Part shown: positions 46,801-59,291 of the stretch, in pieces
Layout of the letters: the number at the start of each line of letters is the position of its first letter
Numbering within the stretch: position 1 is the stretch's first letter
Assembly (NCBI GenBank): GCA_030704615.1
Contig: CM060734.1
Location: forward strand, 17,794,001 to 17,858,000
Origin: Takakia lepidozioides
Lineage: Eukaryota > Plantae > Bryophyta
DNA: 64,000 nt
Reading direction: 5' to 3'
The notes under the pieces: model-generated
What the model saw: the letters and a program-made list of their open reading frames with translations, nothing else
The model's database searches: none
Told to the model about the DNA's origin: nothing
Made by a program: the position numbers and the translations under genes

Positions 46801-49583
46801 CATTATCAATTCTAATCAGGGACAATATAATTGCACCCTTAGATCCTAACCAGGTGAATTCATATACTCGCTTAAGAATGACTCAGACAAAGAAGTGAAT
46901 GTCGTCAACGACATTCAATCTGGATCTAAGATTGCAATCCATATGAAGCCACAATTTTTCCCAAAAAAACAGTAGAGTTTCAAGTATGACATTTCACCTG
47001 TACACAACTCGCATCATGGCCCACTCTCCTCCAACCTGACTGTCAAAGTCGTTGGACCGTAAAATGTTACCATCTTTGGAGAACTCCCGGAAAAAACAGT
47101 ATCTCCAGGTGAGACCTCTCCACTTCCTTATGTATGCCTCCAATGACATTTGGGGAGGGGAAACAATCGCAATGTTCAGGTCCTTCAAAGTCTGATCCAG
47201 CACAATGACGGCGCGCTTTTCGAGCTGCAAATAGTATATTTGTCAGAATTGCAAAAAAGAAACACATCACATACTTGAAGATAAGAAACAGCATGTTCGA
47301 ATACACACCTGACTCCAAAATGTAGCCTTGTGGAGCCAGTTATCAAACACCAAATCACTGATTCCTTCCACCTTTGTGCCAGGCTGTATGGTGCTCTTTG
47401 GGAACTGATTCAAGTCCTTTACTGTTTGATCTGAGTTCCATATCTCCAGCCACCTTATTTTTGTTTGTGGGTCGACCATCGATATGGCCAGCCGGTGCAA
47501 TTTCTCCTGCTGCATCTCCGGATGCACATGCTTGTCATAGTGTGTTTTGATCTGCTGAAGGAACTCAGGACCAAGTCCAGGATCTACTATTCTAAGCTGC
47601 TTTCCGAAGGCTGACATCAATTTGGTTCTTCGCATCTCAAACTCCTTCTTTATTGCAGCTTCCACACCCTTTGATGTCCTTAGTTCCTCTGGTGTAGTGC
47701 GGTAATATTCGGATTTTCCCTTCTCAGCTGCCTCTGCCAGTTCTTGCTGCATTCATTCAAGTAGTGATTAGCTCCGAAGGGACTCTAAACATGTATTCGA
47801 AAAGTAAACAGATTACAGACTCGGGCTTACCGCATACATGTACTCCAGAAACGCCTCTCGTGTCAAAGAATACCAAGTGCCTGCAGCTCTTCCTGTTTCG
47901 CACTTCTTGATGATATTGGGTGGTAGTACTGTCCGAAAATCATCCAGCTTCATCAGACCAATCCTCTGAATTCGGAATAGTGTGTGAACCAAGCTTGTTG
48001 TCACATGCGATTTCTCTGTCGATCTGCAAAAACATTGGAAACATTGCATTCCTTAACACTGTTTTTTGAGGATTAACAAGACACTACAGAGGGAATGAAA
48101 TCTCCTGGATGACTTACTTGTTCACGTCGTGCATAGCTGTAAGAAGCCTAGCGATGTCGTTTCCTGGATCCAAAACCATTGCCTCCACAGCAACATGCTT
48201 GTCTTTGTCTTTCGAATGGTGTTTCTGAATGTATCCCATCCATGCCAGCAATCGGTGGTTGCCGTCCCAGACGTAGAACATGTGGTTGCAAAATTGCTGG
48301 GTGTTCTTTCCCATCATGAGGCCCAGCTCGAACTCCTCATTGGCATCTTTCCAGCACTCATCCCAGTTATCACTGATCTCTGGAGAAACTAATGTGCTTT
48401 TCCCATTTATATCCGTCAGGGACACATAAAAAACTTGTGCACCAAGTCTATATCCATGCACAAAATCACTCTCCAATTTTGTTATGTCATGGGAAAGAGG
48501 TGGACGCACAACAGGCATTGATATCATCCGGCACAGAGGTATGTCCAGACGCCCTCCAGATACGAGCATGTCCCTTATAACCTCCTGAGAGTTTACCTTC
48601 TGGAATGACATGAGTTCTTTCACCTTGTCAAGGTAGTGCACTTCGGATTCATCTGCTTCATCTGTATTCTCTGAGCTTTTTGCGGACTCGTCCCCATCTC
48701 CAGATCCTTTCCCCTCTGATCCTGTAGGCTTCGACCTCACAGTTTTCTGCACGATGCCATTCAGTTCTGACTAAGTCATTTGCAAATAGTGAATGGCGGT
48801 AACGACAATCACTCTGTATCAAGGAAACTCACCATGAATGGTGTGAAAGAATTCAGCACAATCTACAGATGCAAAGCCGAGACTGCCGTATTCAAAACAA
48901 AAGTGAGAGCGATAGCGAACGGCGTTAACGACAATCACAAAAGATAACAACCTGCCGGATCGGTGTTGTGAAATGACATATATGTGCAACTGATTGGCGG
49001 CAACGACATTCAGTAGTTTAGGGAGAATAGTAAGTGCAGACTCTCTCTTCAAACACATAGGTACATAAATCTCATGAGCAGAATCGAATGGCGTTAACGA
49101 CGCTCGCGATTCAGTAGTTCCTGCTAAAGAATGGAAGAGGAAGGACTCCTTGAAAGGCAATCACATAGACTATATGATAAAACTTACTGGCACCTTCTTA
49201 GGTTTTGAACTTTGATCCCCTTCTGCAGCTTTCCTCTTCCCTCTCACATCTGCTGGAGTTTCTGTCTGCGCAAGGGTTTCTTGACCTTCTTCAGGTTCGG
49301 CGTTCCGCGTGCTTCCACCTTCTTCAGTGTCCCTGCGATTCATCTCTGCCTCCACAGGCTGGCGCACTCTTATCGCCGGCTGTGTCGCAGCCGCTGCCTC
49401 AGTCTCCGTCTGCTCTTGTGAATCAGTCTCCGCGTTCACCTGCTGCCTTGGCCCTGTGTTCTCCAACAAACGACGCCTCGTCATTTGCTCTCTTGCTCTG
49501 CGTCTCTCTCTAAGGGAAGTAAAATAAAGAGACTTTCTTCTCTTTCGTATTCTAGAAGGAACCCTCTCCAGCTTGACTACCAC
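43851..49583 (-). CDS. E3 spliced cargo gene: ParB/Srx-like plus beta-class N4/N6 methyltransferase-like
   Basis: IPLCRMISMPVVR...MFYVWDGNHRLLAW (48114-48752); IVDPGLGPEF; DIVILDIPDG (~45225); KEKSPAFMQILLESCS; GAGATYHACKAGGRSLFGMEGDSDLY; last exon FLLPVYAE stops at 43851. About 10-11 exons; start uncertain. Confidence 0.82.
46196..46916. repeat. E3 palindrome cluster GAATGTCGTCAACGACATTC in an intron
   Basis: Copies at 46196, 46302, 46463, 46571, 46665, 46776 and 46897; variants at 48791, 48917, 48992 and 49086 in another intron. Confidence 0.88.
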
Positions 49584-50339
49584 TCTCCCTCTAAGCGCGA
49601 AAAGTAGAAAAACGCAGTGACTCCCGATTTCTTGCGGGATAACCTGTGTTCTTGCGTGTCTCTAGAAGCATCGGATTCCCTCCCGCGTGACCGTTACACA
49701 TAGTCGTTTCGATATTAGTGCACATGCCAGCAATTGGTGTACAGCTGTTCGTATTCAGTTATGGATGTCTGACGTGTGCCGCCCAAAACAAAACGGCGTG
49801 TTCTAAATTATAACTGGTTCAATATTTAAAAAGAACAGCGAATCCCAGAAATTGATGCGCAGTCTTAAACAAATAAATATAAATGAACGAGAGTTTGATG
49901 ACAAATTTTGGAATATCATACACGGTCATCCTTGTTATCCAAACCCCACATTCGTTGCACATTTGGAACTTTCCAGGTGCGCATGATCATTGGTAGTAGT
50001 ATATAGATACATTTACTTAATCTGCAATCCCATTCTCGGATCCTGTGGCATGCTTCCAGGAAGTCGGCTTTGTTATTGGGTTTATTGATGAGGTTCTGAT
50101 TAACGGTTTAACAGTTGCCGACACTGCCCCTATGGATTCTCTGACCACTGGGCCCACAAGAAAAGTAATTAAAATGGACGGCTGCATATCTGGAATGAAT
50201 AACAGAATATGCACAGTCGTTATCTGAGCTTCCTCCGCCATATGCTCTGCTCATTCTTCAACTGTGTTCTGGAGACAGCAGTAAACCGATTTACACTAGA
50301 TCTGCGATAGCAAGGTACAAACATACTCGAGGAAGGAAG

Positions 50340-53300
50340 ATGGCTTCCTCTGAAGCGGAGTTCTTCTCAGACGACAAACCAGTGCCGTTCTCCCAGGAAG
50401 TCCTTGACAATGGATTTGCAATTGTTCTGGAACATGTCTTGGCTACCCGTTTTCAGCTGCAGAATGGCTCCATCTTTTTGGAGAAAGAGGTTTACGATCT
50501 GAAAGGGAAGTTGGTGAAATATTCTTTCCAAAACCGTGATGAGACGGCTCATATCAGCCAGTGGAGAGTGCGTCCTGGTCGATACAGAGTACTTGGAGAG
50601 CCTCGGCGAAAGTCCCTTGGGTCATATGTGACGCCCGGACTGCTGCTTCGGTCGTTGAAGACAAGAGGGAGGTGGTGGTGAAAAAAGAACAGACGTCCTC
50701 CACTCCAATCGTTGAGCTTTCGGATTCTTCCGATGATGACATAAGTGAAATTCCAAATCCAGTCCTTCCTACTGTGGTTGCAGAAGCTGATGAAGAAGAG
50801 ATTTGTAGTGTCATTCCAAAATTGCGGGCGATGGGAGGAATGGCTGGATTCAAAAGCGAGTTGCGGGGAATTGATTGGGAATCTTTGAAGCAGGTGCCTG
50901 TGAAGTTCTTGCCGGAGACTTTTGATGGCGATATCCTATTCGAGCTGCCTCCTCCTCCGCGAGTTGGAGGTGTAACAATCATGATGCATGGAATGGACAA
51001 GAAACACGACGGGCACCCGTGGTGCAGAACAAAAACATCCAATATTCAGAATGATGACAAGCTTGTTTTCAGGAGGACAGTTTGCAATGGACACCTTAGG
51101 TGTGATAATTTGAATTGCAGACACTTTCTTCAGTCTGGAGTTCATAATCAAAGCGAATGGGAGGGTCTGGCAGAGAATCCATTTCAGCCTGGGACTGCCC
51201 CTCCACCGGCAAACACTTTCGTCTGCAAACTTGTGCCATCCTGCTTGGCGCTCTGCGGAGCAAGAATGTACTATGTTGTCCACCGTTTGAATACAATGAC
51301 GAGAGCTTGTGTGCATTTTGGATTCCATAACCATCCTGTCTCGAAGGGGGATTACAGGGAGAGTGTTGAGACAGTATCGAGGTTGATCAAACAAGAGTTC
51401 GGGAGAAACCCATCCGCAACAACATCTGCAATTGCTCTTGGCGCAAGCAAGTCCTTCTTGGAAAGCCATATTTTGAGTGAAGGAGATTCTGTGGGGACTA
51501 AACTTGACGGTGCAGCATTGGACCTGGTCATGGATCATTTCTCCACTTTAAGTTCACCTAACATTCGGCATCAGATCAATGCATTGAGAATGGGCTCTGG
51601 GATCAGAGGCTACATAGACAATATTTTGGAATTGAAACGACTGAGCAAGTACGATTACATCCAGGACAATGTATTCCCAGGTCAAGGTGCCATCAAAGTT
51701 TTTCTTTTCAAAATGTCGACTGTTGGGGAGGGCAGTGGGGTTAGCCTCGTGAAGCGGATGCAGAAGACTGGGGACTTGCAGAACTGTTTTCTTATGTTTG
51801 ATCATGTGAAACGAGTGAAGGATTGGACGACAATGGCTTGTCATGTCTACGATCCAGTGTACCAACGAGTTATGACAATTGCAGTTTGTGACATGCAATC
51901 CGAGGATACGGAATCCCAGAAGCTCATGTGGAATTCCCTGATACGTGTCATGGGCTGCCATGGGCTGCCATCTCCAAATTTTGCAGGTTTCATGGCGGAT
52001 AGTGCTCAAGCAAATTTCAATGCTATTCGTATTGTCTTCGGATCGGGTGACCAAAAGTGCCTATGCCAGGAAGAGAGCGTACATGTCTATTCCATTGGAC
52101 ACAATCTCTGGAAAAACATACAAAGTCGGACATCAAACCAGAGATGCAGACTCAGCACCGTAAATTGTGCAAAGAGTACAAAGATGCTAGAACAATGAAG
52201 GAGGCGGACACTTTGTTCCAGACAATTCGTGCCTGGTGGTTCTCTTCTGGAGCTGCATCACTTGAGAGTATGAGAGCATTGGAAGATTGGCTGGCGTTTT
52301 GGCACTTCCGGTATAGACAGTGGGGAGCAGCCATGACAATGGTACGAGGCTTCTATTTCATGCTTTATTCATACATTTGCTTTCCATATTTTTATTGCTT
52401 TCTTTATGTTGTTTCCTGTGCACTATTCTGAAGTGTGGTTATCCTCTTTGCAGAACATGTCCATTGAGGAAATGGCAGACATGCCATCTTGCAATTTGGC
52501 AGAAACTGTGCACAATGCATGGTTGCAGCAGTCTGGGAAAAGAGGTCGGGATTTGTATGTGGCAACAACAGATGATTTGATACGTGCCTTGCAACAACAA
52601 ACCCGATACCGTGATTTCTTACGAGGTGGGGTTGGTGGCAAGGGTTCGGACAAATCGGAGTTGATGTTGCGTGCTGCAAACAGATCTGGGGATCCAATCA
52701 AGATAGCACGGGCGGTGAGCATGTATGCCCAGGGAACGCCACTTGTTTCTAGAGTTCCACATCTTGAAGGGAGGAGAGATTCGGCTCCTGTAAGAGGAAA
52801 TTGAACACTCCACCTGGTTCGGATTCAGATTCCCACAGGGCAGACCGTGATAACTTCTCGAAGCCTCGTGTTCCCCTGCATGATAGCTCCGTGTCCGGAA
52901 CCTCCATTGTGGAGGAACCTCCAACACGACGGCAAGCTCCAGCATCAAACCGTGCCACTGAAATGGTGCAGGAGAGAAACAACCCCCTTGATGTGCTTGA
53001 GTCCGCATGCCCCAACCACGTTTGGCACATAGAACGCACAAGTGTCGGGTCTCGTGTGAAATGTACAGCGATCAGGGCAACTAATTTCGAGAAGTGCACT
53101 TCATCTATATCCAGAGGTGGTGCCCGAACTCCTGCTCCGACTTTCACGGGCTTGATGCGTCCATACGGTCAACCAGAAGCCAAGAACCACAAGTTCTGGT
53201 TCTGCGCAGATGATTGTGCCAGATGTGTGCATGGAACTGTGCGTCCTTCCGTAGTGATGAAGCCATCTCCTCCAACCGTTTGGCCCGTGAAGGTGGGAAC

Positions 53301-53838
53301 ACATCTCAGCTTTCAGGAGATTGAAATGCTGGAGGAGGCAGGTTTTTCCCTTGCGAGACAACCCCAACTCCATGCATGTGCTACTACTCCTGCGTCCTCC
53401 CGGGTCCCCCCGGCAAATCCTGACTTGTGGCCAACCAAACGAGATGGAAAGCTCGTTCGGCGTTTCCCTCCAACCGCTGAACACTTTGGCAAAGTGGAGT
53501 CCGCAAGAATGCTCCAAGCTCGTGTTGGAAGCACCACGGAAGTACCCGATCCAGGATATGGTCGGGTATTCACAATCATCACTTCCACATCTGCTGTTCA
53601 TGACAGGACCTACGACATCACGGTTTCCAATTTCCCCAATTGCACATGTCCTGATTTTGTGAATATGCTATCAACCAGTTTGGGCAAGAGAGGTAAATTC
53701 ATACCCTGCAAACATTTGTATTTCATATTTTTGAGGAGGATGGTTTGCGATCCCAAACGTGACAACTTCATTCACCAGGCCACTATGAGTTTCAACGAGG
53801 TCGATACTCTTTTGCAGCGGGATACAACACATGGGTAG
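50340..53838 (+). CDS. E3 transposase: small N-terminal domain, WRKY/GCM-like finger, MULE-type DDE, SWIM (about three frameshifts; intron ~52342-52453)
   Basis: KHDGHPWCRTKTSN...CNGHLRCDNLNC...GFHNHP; FLMFDH, FMADSAQAN, CLFHW, NLAETVH; CTCPDF...PCKHLYF. Confidence 0.9.
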
Positions 53839-54497
53839 CATGAACTATGTAATGTGGTATGTGGATGACCATGATTTGAAATGTGTGATTCACATCAATT
53901 CGTCGGCTGTGCAATGATATGGCCTCCAACTATACGGAGTGAGGTCTGAGTGACAACTTTTAGGTAGTGCACATTTGTCATTGCACCGTTCGAAGTCTAC
54001 ATGTCTTGCTGTCGCTATGCACTACAATCATCTTTTGAAGATGATCATAACTCTCATTGTTATTTGAGGAGGGAGGAAGTCTTCTCGTGGCAGCCTTTAT
54101 GGCGCACACTTTGTGAGGATATTTTGTCGTCTTCGTAATTGTAAAAGTGAAACAAACATTTGTAATTGTACAATGTTGGATGCTGCAATTGTAGGCCTCA
54201 ACGCTCGTCTTGATTCTATTTAGGCAAGATTCCCTGCATTAATTCCACGGTCATAGGACCATCCACGGTTATAGGCGGCGCATGTTAATGCTGACGTGGC
54301 AGTTGACGGACAGTGCCACGTCATCATTTACCGCCACATCAGCATGCTGACATGACGCTCACGCCACGTCAGCATGTGTGCAGGCTCACGCCACGTCAGC
54401 TGGCGTGAGCGTACGCTCACGCCACGTCACTCCTGCGTGAGCGTACGCTCGCGCGCTCACGTGCAACGCTCACGCCATTGCGTCGTTGCTGTTCAGG

Positions 54498-57029
54498 TAA
54501 TCTGCTGCCAATGCATCCCCCTATTTGCAGTTTTGAGGATTTAGCTAAGCAGCGGTGGGTATTGCAGCGCCGAAATATACCTCTGCAAGATGTGAATGCT
54601 GGGTAATTGGGGCACAGTCCACTGCGTATTTCGGTGCCGAAATACCTTCTGCATTCAGAACTTCCTCTTGCATGATGCATTAGTAGCATGATTTTTGTTG
54701 AACTAGCTCGTGATTGCAAGTACATAAATTTTGCTCTCATTCCGTCAGGAGCCATTCAAAGGGTTCCACCATTCTTCCTGGCATGGAAGACACCTGGAGG
54801 TCGTGGTACCATGTACACAGAAGTAATGACGAAGGAGTGGCATGCCGAGCATTTGGTAGACTGTCCCTGGTATGTGGATCTCCCAAGTGGGACCGTTGAC
54901 CTCTCGGAGGTTAACTTGAAGAAGGAAGCGAATGCCTGGGCTATGAAGGTGCATTTGGATCCCCAACCAGAGGACGAGGAAAAACTGAAAGCATAGGAGG
55001 CAGCAAAGCATAAAGCACTGAGAAAGTCAGCCAAGGCGGCAACGTTGGCGAAGGAGCAGATGGAGGAGCAGGCAGCTGAGCAGCCCAAGGACAGGAAGAA
55101 AAGAACGTGCAAACAAGGGCAAGAGACAAAGAGCCCCACACCCAAGAAGAAGAAGCAACAACATAGTCAGCCAGATGACGAGGATTCCGACGACGATTTC
55201 CAGCAGGATAACACCCAGGGGGCCACACCTCGTCCGAAAATTCACAAGGGTCAGCGCTCCGGGGGTTTGGCTGCAAAGAGATCACTATACGAGGATGCAC
55301 CTGGCAAACCCTACCATGCGGTGCACATTGCGGGCAGGGAAGTCCTCAAAACACCCACAATTCTGGAGTGTGTTAATGAAAATTTCCTTACTGCTCTGAC
55401 CAGAAGTCTGGAGAAAATGAGATTGAGGAAGGCGATCGAGGCCCACCAAGGGAAGGGGAAGAGGAAGGCCACTAGCAATGATATGGAGGACACTCCCGCC
55501 TACACAAAGATGATGGAGTATTTTGTGGCAATGAGCCACGGCAAAAAGAGCATAGTCGAGGGCAAGGCGGTGAAAGCCTCCATCGACATGATCCTTGTGG
55601 ATATCTCGGATGGGCAGGAGATACTGGGCTGGGCTCACTACCCTGGTGGAACAAGTACGACAAAAGATACTGGAGCCACACATTCGGGTTCGCAGCCAAC
55701 ATGTTGGATGACGACGACTGTGTTGTTGTGCTAGCAGCCGATGGAGAAGTCACTGAGAATGATATCAAAGTATGGACGGGGAGAAGTGCAGCACCCATCC
55801 TGAAAAAGATCTGGACTTGCATCAACACGCAGGGTCTTGTCAACGATGGTTAGAAGGTATGTTGCGGTTCTCCTCTGTTCTGCCAATTTCTGCGCCGAAA
55901 TTGCCCATGTATGTGTAGGCCACCTATGACGTTCTCCTTTCCTTCTTTGCAAACTCTTATCTTTCAGGCATTCTACTTCGTGAAGGAACATTCGAAATTC
56001 AGATTACGTCAAGCAGACAGACTTGTTGATTCCACAGTTGATCCACTGGAATATAACGTCCTGTTCAACCATGTGGGAGAGAAGGACATGCTTTGTGATT
56101 TGTCGGGCAAGCCTTGGAGGTATGGCAGGACTAGGAGTCCTGCATTCATCCAGATGCTCATGGAAACATGTACGGATGTTGAAGGTAGGGTCCTCGACGT
56201 CATTGCTAATACAGGTGAGAGCGTTCAGTGATTGCGGCACCGAAATTGACACCGTTTCCGATTGTCTTTGTTTGTTTGCGCGAGGAAGCGAGTCATTCTT
56301 GACTTTGGCTTTGGTTGTGTCATGTGAATTCGCAGGTGTCTGCATGTGGGTGGGAAGGATGTCCAACCGATTTGTGTTCTCATTTGAGGGGGATACGGCC
56401 TTGTACGATTTCAATTTGGCGGGCCTATAGCGTCTGCCTCCGACTGAGGATCCCAACAACGCAGAAGAGGACATGGAAGGGGAGGAGGAAGAGGAGGAGG
56501 AGGAAGTCCAGGAAATTTGTCCGATGCAGGGGCGCCCGAAGCCGCTTCTTGCAATGCCTGTCTTCGAGTGAGTTGCACCATAGTAAGTGTATTGGTTTCG
56601 GTTGTAGGGACCATGTTACCTGTCGATGATTCCCTGTTTGAATGTTCTAATGTGCTTTATTCTGTGTTTGTACGTACACTCAGCCTTGCAGAGTCGTCCG
56701 ACGAGGAAATGCTGGGAGACTTGCCCGAATCGGACCCTGTTGCAGAGGAGGAGACAGAATCGCATCGACCATTCTTTGCCAGAAAATCGTTTCTTGCGAG
56801 TCCCAAGAAGCCCTTTTTTCTACCAGCCTATGCAGACACGGTTGCCAGAGAAGCCATCAGGAGGGAGGATAGGCCTACTCGGTTTGAGCAATTGATATTC
56901 GGGAAGGAGCAGAGAATTATAATGAGGCGTGAGGCCAAACATGGAATTGTGAAAGGCAGAGTAGGCAAGTTCGTCATAGAATCCGCGTCTGAGAGCGAGG
57001 GGGATGATGAGGACAGTTCCAGCTGGTGA
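54498..57029 (+). pseudogene. E2 cargo gene, 3' half (methyltransferase-like region)
   Basis: EWHAEHLVDCPWYVD, DMILVDISDG, RTRSPAFIQMLMETCTDVEGRVLDVIANTG, FFLPAYAD; internal stops and frameshifts. Confidence 0.82.
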
Positions 57030-57858
57030 GGATGGTATTTTTGAGGGGAGGGATTCTCAGAGTAACAGCGGTAGCGGCAGTGCAGGTTCGGAGGCAGGTG
57101 GAAGGCAGCCATCTTTTAATGAGGCCGGGGATGCATCGGACAGTGATCACGGATCCTCGCCATAGCAAAGTCTCATTTGGATCCTTTTGTTGTACAGTTC
57201 TGAAACACTTAATGAAAATATTGACGATTTTTGAAATCATTGTGTTCAGACTGCATGTCCAATTCCCAACATTTTTTCCGCAAACCACAATGTAATAATA
57301 AAAGCAGAAGAGACGCAAAGTAAAGTAAAGAACCCTATAAGTAATTTATGCACACCAGCGAACCGCGAACTAGAAGCCATGAAAACACTGCCGTTTCTAA
57401 CATTCCTATTGGGAATTTCGGCGCCGAAATAGCCCATTGTGCACCTTCATAATATGGGCCTTATAAAATTCCACGTAGGAATTACTGCACCAATATATCA
57501 CGACGGAAGCCTTCAGCACAAGGCACTTCAGCACATTCCACTTGGGATTTCGGCGCCGAAATAGCCCAGTGGAAGTCTTCAAAACACCACTTTAGCACAC
57601 TGCTCTTGGGAATTTCAGCGCCGAAATACCAAGGTCGGTGGTTTTAGGACGCCGGTGGTTTTAGCACAATTTCTTCCCGTAATGTCGTGGCACCTTCTCT
57701 GTCAAGCCCGTTCTAGCACCAGTCATTTTTTATCGCCTGTGTGGATAGCTGTTGCCGGCCAATGGGGGCACGTATTGCCGTTGCCCCAGAGAAGATCACG
57801 TGAGAGGGTGTTCCGCGTTGTGTTTTCAATGTTTGCATCTCCGTGTTGAAACACAACA

Positions 57859-58530
57859 GTGATTACTTGTCCCTCTCCATTCCTGGTGGGCGCACAGTTC
57901 CTCAATCCGCCCTGTGTAAATGCATTTTGCATTCGACGGAGCGGGATTCGAGGATCGCGATTGCGTGAGCCGGTGATGGGAGACATTATGGTGGAGTTGG
58001 ACTTCAGTGAAGGTACACGCATGGTGACGAGTTTCCGAGCACTTCTGTGGGATTCTCTTTGGGTGAGGCCTGCCAGTGGACAACAGTAGATACTTGTTGT
58101 GCGAGATAGACCTGGAAGACGGAGTGTTCGTCTCTTCATCATGAGATGTTGCTGCGGCGAGTTCTAGAGGTCTTACTACCATAACTATACTGCACCTCCA
58201 CAGTATTTGCTCCCGGATAGGGCTCTTGAGTTCCTCACTCACTCTTCTGGGCCAGGGAATATATTGTTGACACTAAGGGAGAATCGGAATAGGTTTGTCC
58301 TGGATGTTTGCGAATTTCACGACGCTGTGGAGGAGGTCCCAATAGGAGGCCTCCAATATCTGCATGTTTTCATGAACGTGACCTCTATAGATATCTTGTA
58401 TCTTTATGTTCGCCATCTTAATCCAGAAAACGGCAATGCGCAGTGGACGACTACCACACCACTCCTAATTCTGGACCTGTGGTTCGACGACTCGGTGGTT
58501 CGTGTTGTGGATGTCAACGTAGCAGCATAG
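57859..58530 (+). pseudogene. E2 small cargo ORF, distant relative of the E1 pair
   Basis: EPVMGDIMV resembles PESGDIIV; LFIMRCCCGEF resembles LWRWNCCQW; GNILL resembles GDIRL; same position next to the right TIR; internal stops. Confidence 0.45.
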
Positions 58531-59291
58531 GGCGGTAAGGATCATTGTGCAGGGTGATTGGAGGGCATAGGCTCCGGGATATGGTAGTTCCACAAGTTTC
58601 TTATGCCGCAGTGGTATTTCTGATGATGGAAGCTCGGAGTTGTCGTTGTACAAAATAAAAACTTGTGGTTTCCTGATGTTTTTATTTCGAGCGTGTATGG
58701 CAATTTTCTGTCATGTCAATGTGGGCTTGATGTTGAGTTGAATGGGTTTTGCAAGTTGAACTGTCGTCTGACCCTAAATATATTACCTTGTCAGCACAAT
58801 GGCTTGTGAGGGTTACAATTTTGTCTCTTTCCTGTCTTGCACAATGTTTTACAGTGGGACGTGGAATAACGGCGCCGAAATACCTCATTCCGCATCCTGG
58901 ACTAGGAGAAACAGACCCTATTATCGAGGTATGAGGACATAACACCGTCAATAAAGGCATGAAAATTCCAATTCCGCGGATGCCCGCTCATGAGCTCATA
59001 GGCTCATAGGCTCATGGGCTCATGGGCTCATGAAATAGTAAACCTCCATTCCTCTAGGTAGGACAATAACGACATAGCCTCGCTGCAATGGAGTAGTGTA
59101 GTCTGTATCTTTGTACCATTATTTGGGCCCTGCTCTTAGGCAACTAGAATGTAAAAAAGAGAATAAGAAGAAACATACAAACAAGTCTAAGAAATTTCTC
59201 CATACTTACAAGTGAAGGTAGCCAAAAAAGAGATACTGATAAGATTTGTTCTATATTCCTTTCTTTTCATCATCATCATGCTCACTGTTCT

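Larger units (their letters stand above)
43155..54488. mobile_element. E3: Mutator-like DNA transposon, 11.3 kb, opposite orientation to E1 and E2
   Basis: Exact 9-bp TSD CTGTTCAGG (43146-43154, 54489-54497); imperfect TIR CA..GA.GC...GGCGTGAGC...CACGTGAGCGCG.GAGCG; removal restores the E2 exon end and its GT donor. Confidence 0.92.
10270..59046. mobile_element. E2: Mutator-like element hosting E1 and E3; left end lost or rearranged
   Basis: Right TIR ...GCTCATGAAATAGTAAACCTC (ends 59046) with GCTCAT repeats. The same GAATTTCGGCGCCGAAATTC palindrome occurs at 11144-11643, 40885-41375, 54567-56250 and 57413-58880, on both sides of E1 and E3. Gene layout matches E1. Confidence 0.75.

Noticed and set aside
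32290-49583. Bacterial or phage contamination as the source of ParB/MTase motifs
   Set aside because: The genes have shared GT-AG introns and lie inside TSD-bounded eukaryotic transposons.
11750-59046. One 47-kb element bounded by the perfect 21-bp inverted repeat at 11750 and 59046
   Set aside because: The TSD pairs 11750 with 40700 (CATTAAAT). The flank at 59047 (CATTCCTCT) matches only 4 nt, and E2 palindromes lie on both sides of E1.
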